From: Myxococcota bacterium
Lineage (GTDB): Bacteria > Myxococcota_A > Polyangia > Nannocystales > Nannocystaceae
Assembly (NCBI GenBank): GCA_039194325.1
Contig: JBCCWC010000003.1
Span: 32,001-96,000 of the forward strand
DNA: 64,000 nt
Direction of reading: 5' to 3'
The position numbers and the translations under genes were made by a program. Of the stretch, positions 50,071 through 60,377 are shown piece after piece. The notes beneath the pieces were generated by a model that saw only the letters and a list, made by a program, of their open reading frames with translations, ran no database searches and was not told the origin of the DNA. The number at the start of each line of letters is the position of its first letter. Position 1 is the stretch's first letter.

Positions 50071-53000
50071 ATGTCCCGCGCCCTCTCGCTGCTGGTCGTC
50101 ATCGTGCTGCTCGCGATGCTCGTGGGGCACTCGCGAGCCCACGCGACGGCGGCCCCAGAGACGTCGACGGCGGCTGAAACCGAGGAGAACCCAGCGCCGA
50201 CCGCCAGGTCATCGCCGGACGCTGAAGCGCCAGCCCGATCCAAAGCCGAGCCCAAGGCCGAAGCCGAGCCCGAAACAGAAACGTCCGCGACCGGGCCAGG
50301 CGACTTGGGTCCATCAGAGGCTCTCGAAGTCGATGCGACTCCCAATCAGAGCCCCGAACAACTGCTTCGCCTCCGGGCCGCACAGATCCGTGCGCTCATC
50401 GAGGGGACGCTCGATCTCGATGTCGATCCGGCCGCGCTTCCGATCATCGATCTGGCCGACCCGGCGCTCGTAGGACCCAACGGCGAGCGCCTACGGGCGC
50501 TGTTGCGGGATCTCGATGCCCCTCCCTCCCGAGCGAGCACCCCCTCGCGGCGCGAGGGACAGGTCGAGCCCGCGACCGAGCCGCCCGAGCCGCCCGAGCC
50601 GACCGAGCCGCCCGAGCCGCCCGAGCCCGCGACCGAGTTCGTCGACGCACTGCGAGCCTACCTGAGCCTGACCCCCGAGGAACGCGACGCAGCGCTGCGT
50701 ACTCATGCTCGGCGACAGGCCGAAGCGGTGGCGGAGAGCGAGGCATCGTCGCGCCGAGAGGCCCGGCGGATCCTCGTCACCCGTCGTGCGGACCAGCTTG
50801 AGGCCTTCTTGGAGGGCACGCTCGCGGTCGAGATCGATCCTCGTCCACTGCTAATGGTGGATCTGGCCGATGCCGACGAGGCCGCACTGTCGCCCTCACG
50901 ACGCCGCGCGTGGAGCTCGGCGCAGAGCGCCGCGGATCCCCCCGAGCCTTCCGAGCCGCCCGAGCCTTCCGAGCCGCCCGAGCCTTCCGAGCCTTCCGGG
51001 CCGCCCGAGCCCTCCGGGCCGCCCGAGCCCTCCGGGCCGCCCGAGGGCGGGACGGCAACCCCAGCGACCCCCGACGAGAAATCGGAGGCCGATCCTCGTG
51101 CATCCGATCGGCCGGTCTCGGACGAGCGATCCATAGCCGATGGAGCACCGTCTTCTCCGGATCTGCTCGCGCAGGCCGAGGCTCGACTCGATGCGCTCCG
51201 CCGCCGCTTCCTCGCCCTGCCCGCGTCCGAGCAGGCCCAGTTGTTCGAGCACCACCAGCAGCGCGGCCGAGACGCCGAGCAAGCTGCGAACGTCGAAGCC
51301 GAGCGGATCGCGAAGGCCGAGGCCGCCCGCGCCGAGCAAGCTCGGCTCGACCGGGAAGCACTCGCTGCGATCTCCAGCGCCGAGGCCGAGGCCAAGGCGG
51401 CCGAAGTCGAGCGCGACGAGGCCCTCGAGGAGGCCCGCCTCGCTCGCACCGAAGCCACGCGGATCCTCGCCAAGGAGCGGGCGCGTCTGCTGCAGATCAA
51501 AAAGGAGCAAGCGCTGCACGAGGCCGAGCTCGAGCGGCGTGGAGTCGAGGTCTTGGGCGACCTGGCGCTGGAGTGGAGCAGCCGGGTCACCAAGCTTCGC
51601 GAAGAAGAGTCGTTTGGGAACGACCCCGAGGCCGAAGCCGACCGTCTGTACCCCGACATTCAGTCCGATCTCGCCGAGACCCGGGCGCTGCTCGAGCTGG
51701 AGCTGCTGCGGATCCGCAAGCCCGGGGCACAGATCCCGAGGGTTGGTGAGGGTCTCGACCGCGATCTCACCGACGATTTCGACCGCGGGGAGATCAGCGA
51801 GCTTCGTAAGCAGCTACGCGACCGGGAGCGAGAGCTGCTGCTCACGGCGGAACGGGTCGCCTGGACGCGGGCCGAAGCCTTACGCGACGGCGTGGAGACC
51901 CTCAACGAGGCCCGCCTGAATCTGCTGAGCATGGCCAGCTCCGAGCTCCACGATCGAGTGACCAGCTTTGATGTCAACGGCCTGAACCAAGTTCGCAGCG
52001 AGCTCGAGCAGATCTCGGCCGTGCTGGGCTTCCACGTGCTCCAGCTACCCCGCTACAAGGACACGCTGCTCGAGCTGCTGCACAAGTCGCCGGTCCGCGT
52101 GCTGGGTGGGGTGGTGCAGCTGATGCTGGTGATGCTGGGCCTTTGGTGGTGGCGGCGACGGTGGCCAGGAATCCTCCGATGGCTGCGGCTAGTGATCGCT
52201 CGTCGTCGCCCCATGACGCAGACGGCGAAGAACTTGCTGATCGGGCTATGGTACCTGGATCGGATCCGACGGCCGCTCGAGCTGCTGCTGGCGCTGTGGG
52301 TGGCGCTCAACCTGATAGGCGGCGTGGACGACTTCGACGAGCTCCCCGAGCTGGCGCTGCTGTGGATCATCGTGCGCTGGATCCTCAGCGGCCTTGCGGT
52401 GATCCTGCTGCTCGACGCGATCGCGACCCGCGACACGATGGCCCGTCACCGGGGACGGGCCGATTCCTCGCCGCTGCGGGTCCACTCGCTGCGGGTGGTG
52501 GGGGTCAACGTGGTCACGGTGGGCCTCGTTCTCTCGCTCACCTCGGAGCTGGTCGGGCACGGGGCGATCTATAGCTGGGTGATCTCTACCTGCTGGTTGC
52601 TGAGCGTTCCGGTGGCGCTCTATCTCGTGTATCGCTGGCGGCCGATCATCGCCGAGCGCCTGGCCCAGCACCCCGGGCAAGGTGCGTTCGTCACCTGGGC
52701 TCGCGAACGGCAGACCGGCTGGTTTCGCTTCGTGGCGGCCACCGCAGCGGCCGGCTACCTGTTCGCGCACGGGCTGGGCCGCTGGATCATGCAGCACCTG
52801 GGCGGGTTGGAGACCACCCGCCGGGTGCTGGCGTACCTGTTCCGCCGCGAAGTGGCCAAGCGGGCCGCGGTCACCGGGGCGGCGCAGAGATCGCTGACGC
52901 GGGTCGATCGCGATTGCTACGCCACCTTCGATCCCGAGTACTACGAGCGCAAGCCGATCGAGGCGATCGGCCAGGCCGAGCTCGACACGGTGGTCTCGCT

Positions 53001-53943
53001 GGTCGAGGTGCCCCGCTCTACCCTCAGCGCGGTGATCGGAGAGCGCGGGCGGGGCAAGACCTCGTTCTTGCGCCGCCTCGAGCAGCGGCTGGGGCCCGAT
53101 CGGATCAAGGTGGTCGCTTGCCCCGAGGTCGGCCTCGAGGGGTTGATGCTGCGGATCGCCGCGATCACCGGCAACCGCGAGGCCACGGGCCCAGAGCTGG
53201 CCGAGGCACTACGGCAGATGGGTCCGCTGACGATCGCGATCGACGACGCCCAGCGGCTGATCCAGCCGGCGATCCGCGGGCTCCGTGAGCTCGACCGCCT
53301 CACCGCCTTCGCGCGCGAGGTAGGGGGCGAGATCTCGTGGGTGATCGCCATGGGCGCGTCGGCGTGGCACTACCTCAAGCGGGCCCGCGGCAACCGGGTG
53401 TTCTTCGAGCAGGTGCTGGAGCTGCCCCGCTGGACCGAGGAACAGCTGGGGCACCTGATCCGAGCCCGGTGCAAGGAGGCGGGGATCGAGCCTAGCTTCG
53501 AGGGCCTGGTGGTTCCACGCTCGGTCGACGCGCTGACCAGCCCCGACGACCAGCGCACCGAGGCCGGCTACTACCGGCTTTTGTGGGACTTCTCGCGGGG
53601 CAACCCGGCGGTGGCCTTGCACGCGTTCCGAGAGTCGCTGTTCGTGCGCCCTGGCGGGCAGATCGTGGTGCGGCTGTTCAAGGAGCCGGCGGCCAAGGAG
53701 ATCGAGGGCCTCTCGCTGCCGCTGTTGTTCGTGCTGCGGGCGGTGGTGCAGCTAGACTTAGCTCAGGAGCACGAGCTGATCGCCGCCACTCAGCTGCCCG
53801 CTCCCGACGTCTCCGACGCGCTGCGTTTTTGCCTCACGCGAGGCTATATCGAGCGCTACGACGCCGGCGTCCGGATCACCTGGCCCTGGTTTCGCACCAT
53901 CACCACCGTGCTGCTGCGGCAGCACCTGTTGCCTGCGGTATGA
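50071..53943 (+). CDS. Large membrane protein: exported coiled-coil region, multi-TM core, C-terminal P-loop ATPase
   Basis: Signal peptide, PEP repeats, TM block, GERGRGKT, IAIDDAQ, SRGNP. Confidence 0.8.
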   Translation: MSRALSLLVVIVLLAMLVGHSRAHATAAPETSTAAETEENPAPTARSSPDAEAPARSKAEPKAEAEPETETSATGPGDLGPSEALEVDATPNQSPEQLLRLRAAQIRALIEGTLDLDVDPAALPIIDLADPALVGPNGERLRALLRDLDAPPSRASTPSRREGQVEPATEPPEPPEPTEPPEPPEPATEFVDALRAYLSLTPEERDAALRTHARRQAEAVAESEASSRREARRILVTRRADQLEAFLEGTLAVEIDPRPLLMVDLADADEAALSPSRRRAWSSAQSAADPPEPSEPPEPSEPPEPSEPSGPPEPSGPPEPSGPPEGGTATPATPDEKSEADPRASDRPVSDERSIADGAPSSPDLLAQAEARLDALRRRFLALPASEQAQLFEHHQQRGRDAEQAANVEAERIAKAEAARAEQARLDREALAAISSAEAEAKAAEVERDEALEEARLARTEATRILAKERARLLQIKKEQALHEAELERRGVEVLGDLALEWSSRVTKLREEESFGNDPEAEADRLYPDIQSDLAETRALLELELLRIRKPGAQIPRVGEGLDRDLTDDFDRGEISELRKQLRDRERELLLTAERVAWTRAEALRDGVETLNEARLNLLSMASSELHDRVTSFDVNGLNQVRSELEQISAVLGFHVLQLPRYKDTLLELLHKSPVRVLGGVVQLMLVMLGLWWWRRRWPGILRWLRLVIARRRPMTQTAKNLLIGLWYLDRIRRPLELLLALWVALNLIGGVDDFDELPELALLWIIVRWILSGLAVILLLDAIATRDTMARHRGRADSSPLRVHSLRVVGVNVVTVGLVLSLTSELVGHGAIYSWVISTCWLLSVPVALYLVYRWRPIIAERLAQHPGQGAFVTWARERQTGWFRFVAATAAAGYLFAHGLGRWIMQHLGGLETTRRVLAYLFRREVAKRAAVTGAAQRSLTRVDRDCYATFDPEYYERKPIEAIGQAELDTVVSLVEVPRSTLSAVIGERGRGKTSFLRRLEQRLGPDRIKVVACPEVGLEGLMLRIAAITGNREATGPELAEALRQMGPLTIAIDDAQRLIQPAIRGLRELDRLTAFAREVGGEISWVIAMGASAWHYLKRARGNRVFFEQVLELPRWTEEQLGHLIRARCKEAGIEPSFEGLVVPRSVDALTSPDDQRTEAGYYRLLWDFSRGNPAVALHAFRESLFVRPGGQIVVRLFKEPAAKEIEGLSLPLLFVLRAVVQLDLAQEHELIAATQLPAPDVSDALRFCLTRGYIERYDAGVRITWPWFRTITTVLLRQHLLPAV

Positions 53944-54914
53944 GACGCTCGATCCTCGTTTTATCTCCCATCTGGTCCGCGCCCGTGTTCTCGGCGGTCG
54001 TGCCCTTCTTGGCCCTGCTGGCCCTTTGGTCGTGGTCGCCGCTCGCTCGGGCCGACGACGACAACCTCGAGAGCCTCGGCCAGATCGTTCGTCTGGTGCG
54101 CTGGAGCGGGGTGTTCACGTCGGTGCTGGTGATCGTGGCCGTGTTGGTGGCGATGCGCTTTGTGCACGACAGCGTGGCCAGCTTGAGCCTGCGCTTCCCC
54201 AGCCGGCGCTTGTTGCTGCAGAAGATCGCCACGATCCTGCAATTTCTGGTCTACATCATCACGGGGATCTCGGTGATCGCCCTGTCGCTGCGGCTCAAGC
54301 CCAACGTGCTCGCGCTTATTGGGGGCACCGTGGCCGTATCGGTGGGCTTTGCCATCAAGGACGTGGTGGCATCGTTCATCGCGGGGATCATGATCATGAT
54401 CGACCGGCCCTTTCAGGTCGGCGATCGGGTCTCCTTTGGTGGGCAGTACGGAGACATCACCGCGATCGGCCTGCGGTCGGTACGACTCCAGACCCTCGAC
54501 GACAACACGGTCACGATCCCCAACAATAAATTTCTCAACGAGATCACCTCCAACGGCAACTACGGCGCCCTGGACATGCAGGTGGTGATGGACTTCCACG
54601 TGGGGCCCGACCAAGACGTACGCCTGGCCACCGAGCTGGTGACCGAGGCCGCCGTCTCTAGCCGCTTCGTGTTCCTCGACAAGCCGGTGGTGGTGCTGGT
54701 CAACCAGGTGATCTTGGAGAGCCACGTGGCGATCCGTCTGCGGCTGAAGGCCTACGTGCTCGACACGCGCTACGAGAAGCTCTTCGAGACCGACGTCAAC
54801 CTCCGGGTGCTGGATGCGTTCGGCACCGAGAGGATCGGCCCGCCGGCGCTCTTGCACCGCACCTGGGAGCAGATGCGACCGACGCTGGCGCTGCGATCGA
54901 CGGGGTCGGGGTGA
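53940..54914 (+). CDS. MscS family mechanosensitive channel
   Basis: VGFAIKD...AGIMI...RPFQVGDRV...G....IGLRS.......TVTIPN; ATGA overlap. Confidence 0.93.
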   Translation: MRRSILVLSPIWSAPVFSAVVPFLALLALWSWSPLARADDDNLESLGQIVRLVRWSGVFTSVLVIVAVLVAMRFVHDSVASLSLRFPSRRLLLQKIATILQFLVYIITGISVIALSLRLKPNVLALIGGTVAVSVGFAIKDVVASFIAGIMIMIDRPFQVGDRVSFGGQYGDITAIGLRSVRLQTLDDNTVTIPNNKFLNEITSNGNYGALDMQVVMDFHVGPDQDVRLATELVTEAAVSSRFVFLDKPVVVLVNQVILESHVAIRLRLKAYVLDTRYEKLFETDVNLRVLDAFGTERIGPPALLHRTWEQMRPTLALRSTGSG

Positions 54915-54969
54915 TCAGCCGAGCATGAAGCCATCACCTCCGAGCACAAGACCTTGCTAGCATCGGTGC

Positions 54970-56343
54970 GTGTCGGGATCGCGAACAGCACGTCGGCTCC
55001 GTATCGTCGTCCTCGCCGGGCTCAGTAGCGCCACGGGGGTCATCGGGTGCGGCACGGAAGCACCCATCCCCACGCCGGCCCCCGCCAAGCCGATCGCACC
55101 GGTCGAGCCGACTCGCCCTAGTCCCTCGATCAAGTTCGACGTGGGCGCAGTGCCGAAGCTGGCCATACCGGCCGATCCGACCGTGCAGGCCGAGCTCCAC
55201 GAGCAGCTCGCCGATCACAAGGCGGCCAAGTCGTCGCTGTCCTCCCCTGGCGCAGTGCTGCGCTTCTATGAGCAACGGCAGGAGAAACCGGCCTGGCTCG
55301 AGGGCCGACAGATCACCGCCGTGGGGGTCGATGCGCTACGCGGACTGAGCCAGCTGTCCATTCATGGGCTCGACCCGAGCCGCTACGGACTCGATGGGCT
55401 GGCCCCCCGCGGAGCTGAGCCCGATGATCCCGCGGCTTTCGAGCTCCAGCTAACCGACGCGTGGCTGACCGCGGCCGCGCACCTAAGGGGACGAGTCGAT
55501 CCCCGAACGCTCCGCACGACCTGGACGGCCGATGGCCGAGCGCAAGAGCTCGCCCAAGCCCTGGAGACCGCGCTGGCCGAGGGCAAACCCCAGGAGGCAC
55601 TGCTTGCCCAGGCGCCCGCGCACCCCGAATATGTAGCGCGGGTTGCCGCGCTACAAGCACTGCTCGACGAGACGAACAAGGGCGACGTACCCAAGCCGAC
55701 GCAGCGCCTGCTGGAGCAGCTCCCCGTAGACCTCGAGCGCCTCCGCTGGCTGCCGCGCGAGCCGGCAGCCCGCCCGGCAGCCCGCTACATGTGGATCGAT
55801 CTGGGAGCGGGGCAGGCGACCCTGTTCGAAGGCACGAAGGCGGATCCAACCACCCGAGTGGCCGTGAGCAAGCAGTGCCGGAATGTCGACTCGCACGGCG
55901 TCACGATCACCGAGGTGATACGCAACCCCGAAGACCCTCGCTACGGAACGCACGAGCTGCGCACGTCGGGAGCGCCCGCCTTGGTGCTGCATGGAGCCCC
56001 GGAGGATCGAGCATTCCCGAACGACGGCGTGGCGCGAGCGGGGTGCTGGCGGCTGGAGGATCCCGAGGTGCTGACTCAGGCGCTGTTGCGAGGAGATCCG
56101 GCGTCCGCTCGGGATGCAGCCGCCACCCCGCCGGACGAGAAGACCCCGCAGGTGATCGAGCTGGATCCGCCGGTGACCCTGCACGTGGTTCGTACCTCGG
56201 TGCTCGTCGATCATGCGGGCAAGCCAACGCTGCTAGAAGGCGCCTACGCCCAATCGGCCTCGCTGCGAAACGCCCTGGCCGAGGGCCCCGCACGCCGTCG
56301 CAGACCCCACAAGAAGTCTCCGCTCGCTACCAAGCCCCGGTAG
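54970..56343 (+). CDS. Lipoprotein resembling a reduced LdtD/YcbB L,D-transpeptidase
   Basis: FYEQR..KPAW, HGLDPSRY, ELQLTDA, P.HPEY, LERLRWLP scaffold; LHG...AGCWRL; lipobox VIGC. Confidence 0.7.
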   Translation: MSGSRTARRLRIVVLAGLSSATGVIGCGTEAPIPTPAPAKPIAPVEPTRPSPSIKFDVGAVPKLAIPADPTVQAELHEQLADHKAAKSSLSSPGAVLRFYEQRQEKPAWLEGRQITAVGVDALRGLSQLSIHGLDPSRYGLDGLAPRGAEPDDPAAFELQLTDAWLTAAAHLRGRVDPRTLRTTWTADGRAQELAQALETALAEGKPQEALLAQAPAHPEYVARVAALQALLDETNKGDVPKPTQRLLEQLPVDLERLRWLPREPAARPAARYMWIDLGAGQATLFEGTKADPTTRVAVSKQCRNVDSHGVTITEVIRNPEDPRYGTHELRTSGAPALVLHGAPEDRAFPNDGVARAGCWRLEDPEVLTQALLRGDPASARDAAATPPDEKTPQVIELDPPVTLHVVRTSVLVDHAGKPTLLEGAYAQSASLRNALAEGPARRRRPHKKSPLATKPR

Positions 56344-56407
56344 CGTTCATTGCCGTGCAGGCGAGAGCTCGGGCGACCAGGGCCTCGTGGGGCGGGCTCA
56401 GAGGTCG

Positions 56408-56446
56408 TGTTCATCACCCGTGTTCATCACCCATGTTCATCACCCA
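56408..56446. repeat. 13-bp tandem repeat TGTTCATCACCC(G/A) x3 across the slyD stop
   Basis: Read directly. Confidence 0.9.
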
Positions 56447-56909
56447 TAGAGGCGTGACCTTGCTCGAGCTCGCTGTCGGTCGCGTCGCGGACGCTCAGGA
56501 TCTCCACGTCGAAGTGGAGCGTAAACCCCGCCAAGGGGTGGTCGGACGAGAGCATCACGACATCATCGGAGACCGAGTCGACCCATAGCTGGAGCTGTTG
56601 GCCGTCGTCGTTCTCGACGATGAGAGGCATACCCGGCTGTGGCTCTACGCCTTCGAACGCATCCCGGGGCACCGGCTGTGGAGGCTGGCCACTCTTTTCA
56701 CCATAGGCCTCCTCGGGAGCCACGACCACCTGGAGCCGGTCGCCCGCCGCCTTGCCTTCGAGCTGTCTCTCCAGGCCGGGCACGATGTTCCCGGCTCCGT
56801 GCAGGTAGGGCATCGGTTCGCCTCCACGGGAGGTGTCGATCTCGTCACCGTCGTCGGCGGTCAGCGTGTAGTGGATGAGGGCGACCTTCTTGGCGGCGAT
56901 GATGCTCAT
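56427..56909 (-). CDS. slyD: FKBP-type peptidyl-prolyl isomerase SlyD
   Basis: [45 protein letters not shown]. Confidence 0.93.
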   Translation of the reverse strand: MSIIAAKKVALIHYTLTADDGDEIDTSRGGEPMPYLHGAGNIVPGLERQLEGKAAGDRLQVVVAPEEAYGEKSGQPPQPVPRDAFEGVEPQPGMPLIVENDDGQQLQLWVDSVSDDVVMLSSDHPLAGFTLHFDVEILSVRDATDSELEQGHASMGDEHG

Positions 56910-56959
56910 GGTCCTGGCGGTGTAACATGGCCCGAGCGCGGCCAGCGGGACCATCGCGA

Positions 56960-57952
56960 TCACCGAGTAGGATATGCATAGTCGCAGTCGGCGCCCGCAC
57001 AGCGCTCGTTGTGACGCTCGATGCCTCGCTGGAGATCCGCGGGCGAGAAATCGTCGTGCAGCACCTGGCCCACCGAGTCATCCCAGTCGCAACCGAGGTA
57101 CCAACGGGCAGCCAGGCCGCGTAGATCGAAGTCGAAGGCCGGCTGGGCGGCGCGGGCATTGGCCTGCATCTGATAGGTGCTGACCGCTTGCTCGGCGGCC
57201 GAGGCCACGAAGATCGTCTGCCGCCCCCGCTCGGTGTGAAACGAGTAGCCCTGCGGGAACACGTGCGCGAAGGTGGTGCGATCGTGCTTGTACATGGGGG
57301 TGGCATTGTGAAGGTTGGCCACCACCACCCCCTGGTCGGTGAGGTGAGAGAGCAGCGTCTGGTAGTACTCGGCCGTCTTGAGGTGCAGCGGCACGAACAC
57401 CCCGCGAAACGCATCGAGCAGGATCATGTCCCAGCCCGGCTGGGAGGGTGCCTGCTCCACGAAGAGCCGGCCGTCGGCCGCGTGGGTGCGGTAGCGCGGG
57501 CTGTCGGGCACCCCGAAGTACTTGCGGGCCAGCCGGATCACCTCGGCGTCGATGTCGACCCCGTCGATCTCAAGGCCGGGCACGTGCTCGAACAGGTAGT
57601 TACTGATCTGCCCCCCGCCAAAGCCGATCATCAGCAGGCGTCGGGGCTGCGGCTGGAGCATGAAGCCCGCCATCATCGTGCGGGTGTAGTCGAGGTCGAG
57701 GCTGCGCGGGTGACCACGATCGAGCCGCGACTCGATATAGTAGGTGCCGTCGACCACGAAATACATGGTGATCACGTCGCCCTCCTCGGCCACCACGATG
57801 TGGTTGTAGGGCGACCGAGCCTCCTCGAGCACCGTCTCGCGCGGAGACAGCACCGCCCGGGCGGAGCGAGCCCGGTAAAGAGCCGAGGCGGCCACGCCGA
57901 GGCCGGCGGTCGCGGTCGCACCCATCAGCCAGGCTCGGCGGGTCGTGGTCAT
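56960..57952 (-). CDS. Spermidine-synthase-like SAM-dependent methyltransferase with Tat-like signal
   Basis: [28 protein letters not shown]...A..YF, DGR.F, ILLDAF; N-terminal TRRAWL. Confidence 0.85.
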   Translation of the reverse strand: MTTTRRAWLMGATATAGLGVAASALYRARSARAVLSPRETVLEEARSPYNHIVVAEEGDVITMYFVVDGTYYIESRLDRGHPRSLDLDYTRTMMAGFMLQPQPRRLLMIGFGGGQISNYLFEHVPGLEIDGVDIDAEVIRLARKYFGVPDSPRYRTHAADGRLFVEQAPSQPGWDMILLDAFRGVFVPLHLKTAEYYQTLLSHLTDQGVVVANLHNATPMYKHDRTTFAHVFPQGYSFHTERGRQTIFVASAAEQAVSTYQMQANARAAQPAFDFDLRGLAARWYLGCDWDDSVGQVLHDDFSPADLQRGIERHNERCAGADCDYAYPTR

Positions 57953-58066
57953 GGAAGCGGGAGGATAGCAATCCCCGTCGCCAGCAAGATCACCACGCTT
58001 GCGCAGACGACCCAAAAGGGCGACCTGGACCCGAATCGGCGAAGGTCCAGGCCGCAACCGCGGGGC

Positions 58067-59827
58067 TCAACCAGCCGTCATGACCACGCGGAAACCCAGC
58101 TTGACGTTCTTGTAGGCTCCCCAGCAATGGTCTGCGATGGGACCCTCCCAGTAGCGTCCAGAGATCCAGCCCTGCTCCTGGCACCACTCATAGGCGTCCC
58201 ATGCGTCGATGAATCCGAGCCCTTGATGCGTCGCCCATGGGATCTCGGAGCTCCATCGAGCAGACGGTGGGAAGTCTTTGATCCAGCGCTTGCGTCCGCC
58301 GTTGCTAGCGCCGCCATCATCTGGAAACTCGGGGATCTCCTGGCTTGGCTCTTCGAATCGAGGCTCGGACCACCGCACGGCCGAAGGAGGGACGATGCCT
58401 CCGATCGGACGAGGAGGCCAGCTCTCCCAGGGAAAATCCTGGTAGGAGAGGTGCTCGTAGTGCTTGGACAAGAACGGCCGTATCGCCCGATGTTCCTTGC
58501 AAGAAAGCAACCGCAAGGGCACCCCGAGCAGGCGCTCCTTCCACGCGCAAAATGCTTGTGCATCTCGCCACGACGCGCCAACGGGGACGTCAGCAGGCTC
58601 TCCAAGGTTCGCGCGCTCCCAAGCGTCTCCTTCCCGCCGCGCAAGATAGTCCATTTCTTCGAGCATTCTTCGGAATTCAGAGACTGACACGAGGTTGCTA
58701 ATCAAGAGACGCTGGCCCGAGATCTCTACCTCGCGAAATCCGGCGGGCGGATCGTCATCCCACGTGGAATGCTCGGGGAGCATCGGAGTACCTTGAGCTC
58801 GAAGGAAGAGCTCCACGACGGTGCCCGATGGAGTATTTCGTCGCTCTTGTGGGCTCCCGCCTCGATCGTAGAAGTGCTGCTCTGCAGCATGCGCTTCTTG
58901 CTCTCGCCACACATTGCACCTAAAGTAGAGCAGACGCTCGAGATCGGTCTCTTGCCGGAGGTTCGCCGGGAGATCCATGGTGTGCAGACCATGAGACCCT
59001 GTATTCTCGACCTGAGGAGGCGGCGCATCCCTCAGATCCTTCCACAGGATGTCGTAGCCTCCGTTCGACGCCCGGAGAAACGCCAAGCGATCATTATACG
59101 GCAGGATGTCCACCCAGCCGACGTCAGCACCATCGAACACGGCACGAAAGACCTGGACCAGCCCGCGTAGTGTGAGCATGCTTTCTCGTCGTGTCTCGGG
59201 GCTCGAGTCTGCGGTGAAGTAGGTCTTGTCGACGATCTTCTCCAATGGACCATCGACGAGCTTGTCATCGAGAAACCCCCACTGCCCAAACAGACCGTTT
59301 CGGCCCTTGAGCAGCCACTTGATCGCGTCTTCGCGGTTCTTCACCACGAGATCGTGATACTGGTACCAATGCACCGTGGGCCACATTCTCTGGGCTCGGC
59401 TCTGCCATGCGTCCCAATCGACTCCCACACCGAGGAACACACGGCGTGGAGCGGGCGCTGGACCAAGGAAATACCGATCGGACAAACACTGCCGCGTCGG
59501 TCTACTCGATGGACCAAAGGACAACACCGTCGCGTCCCACGGGAGCGCGAACGCGTTCATTTGCTGCTCGCAGCCATGCTCACGCAAGAACTGATGCAGA
59601 CGAGGCCAGTGTGTGCGTTTATAGTCGCCAAAGTCGCCCTTGAACCCGAGAGCACCGACGATGGCATTGAGGCCAGTCGTGTGCTTGAGCGGCTCTTCCG
59701 GGTACAGCACCGCTCGCATGCGAGCCTTTTTCAATGCCTCCGGTTCTAGTCCAGTGATAGGAATTGCGTGACCATCACGGAGCAGTAGCCACCCCAGTGC
59801 AGGGTGATTGTTGTCATGTTCAGACAT
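58067..59827 (-). CDS. Hypothetical protein with degenerate C-terminal FGE/SUMF1-like domain
   Basis: LVSVSEF, PVGASWRDAQAFCAW, LRLLS..E, YEWCQE, LGFRVV; GAGGA before ATG; lower GC. Confidence 0.75.
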   Translation of the reverse strand: MSEHDNNHPALGWLLLRDGHAIPITGLEPEALKKARMRAVLYPEEPLKHTTGLNAIVGALGFKGDFGDYKRTHWPRLHQFLREHGCEQQMNAFALPWDATVLSFGPSSRPTRQCLSDRYFLGPAPAPRRVFLGVGVDWDAWQSRAQRMWPTVHWYQYHDLVVKNREDAIKWLLKGRNGLFGQWGFLDDKLVDGPLEKIVDKTYFTADSSPETRRESMLTLRGLVQVFRAVFDGADVGWVDILPYNDRLAFLRASNGGYDILWKDLRDAPPPQVENTGSHGLHTMDLPANLRQETDLERLLYFRCNVWREQEAHAAEQHFYDRGGSPQERRNTPSGTVVELFLRAQGTPMLPEHSTWDDDPPAGFREVEISGQRLLISNLVSVSEFRRMLEEMDYLARREGDAWERANLGEPADVPVGASWRDAQAFCAWKERLLGVPLRLLSCKEHRAIRPFLSKHYEHLSYQDFPWESWPPRPIGGIVPPSAVRWSEPRFEEPSQEIPEFPDDGGASNGGRKRWIKDFPPSARWSSEIPWATHQGLGFIDAWDAYEWCQEQGWISGRYWEGPIADHCWGAYKNVKLGFRVVMTAG

Positions 59828-59998
59828 GGTCGTCCTCGATTGCCGAACCGAGTCCCCGGTAGACCGCCAGGTTGGGACTCGAGGTTGGCCAGAGGGCCGT
59901 GTCTGAGATTGTGGTTTGAGGTGAGAGAAAAGTGCAGGGCTTTCTTGCAGCGCTGGCGGCTCCGTCGCCCCAGTGGTGCCCATGCGGACCGGACTGTC

Positions 59999-60027
59999 AG
60001 GATGATGGACGCCCGCGGGCTTGTCAA
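59999..60027 (-). promoter_or_regulatory. Candidate sigma70 promoter TTGACA-N17-CATCCT
   Basis: Perfect -35 with 17-bp spacer, pointing at the 59827 gene. Confidence 0.5.
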
Positions 60028-60047
60028 GCGGCCGTGGTGAGCCTAGA

Positions 60048-60272
60048 TCAGCGAGCAAAGATCCGCTGCCGTGCCTCTGACCAAGGAACCGGCGTCACTT
60101 CTCCGCCCTCGAGCGCATCGACCCGCTGCTTGATCTCGTCGCGCCACGCGTGTTCGACGTCGAGCGGGTCCTCTCCGCCTGTACTCTCTAGCAGGGCCAC
60201 CGCGAGAGCTTCCCGCTCCTGCTCGGGAAGCTCAAGTGCTGCCTGAAGGAGCTGCCGGGCCGCGCTGGTCAT
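60048..60272 (-). CDS. Addiction module antitoxin (TIGR02574-like), orphan
   Basis: ALELPEQEREALAVALLES...AWRDEIKQR...G...VPWSE. Confidence 0.88.
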   Translation of the reverse strand: MTSAARQLLQAALELPEQEREALAVALLESTGGEDPLDVEHAWRDEIKQRVDALEGGEVTPVPWSEARQRIFAR

Positions 60273-60377
60273 CGTGCTTCGATCATAGCAGGCGGCGGCT
60301 CTGCGAGCGACGCACCACCGCCATGAGCCGCGAGCCGTCCCATTCGCCCGAAAATTGGCCCAGCCTCTGACCCATGC

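Noticed and set aside
50566..51045. PEP/PSG 9- and 18-bp repeats
   Set aside because: Ordinary low-complexity linkers in an exported domain
59930..59975. Fluoride riboswitch (GGCGACGGAGCCGCC on the minus strand)
   Set aside because: The 3' GCUGAUGAC-UCCUA pseudoknot half is absent
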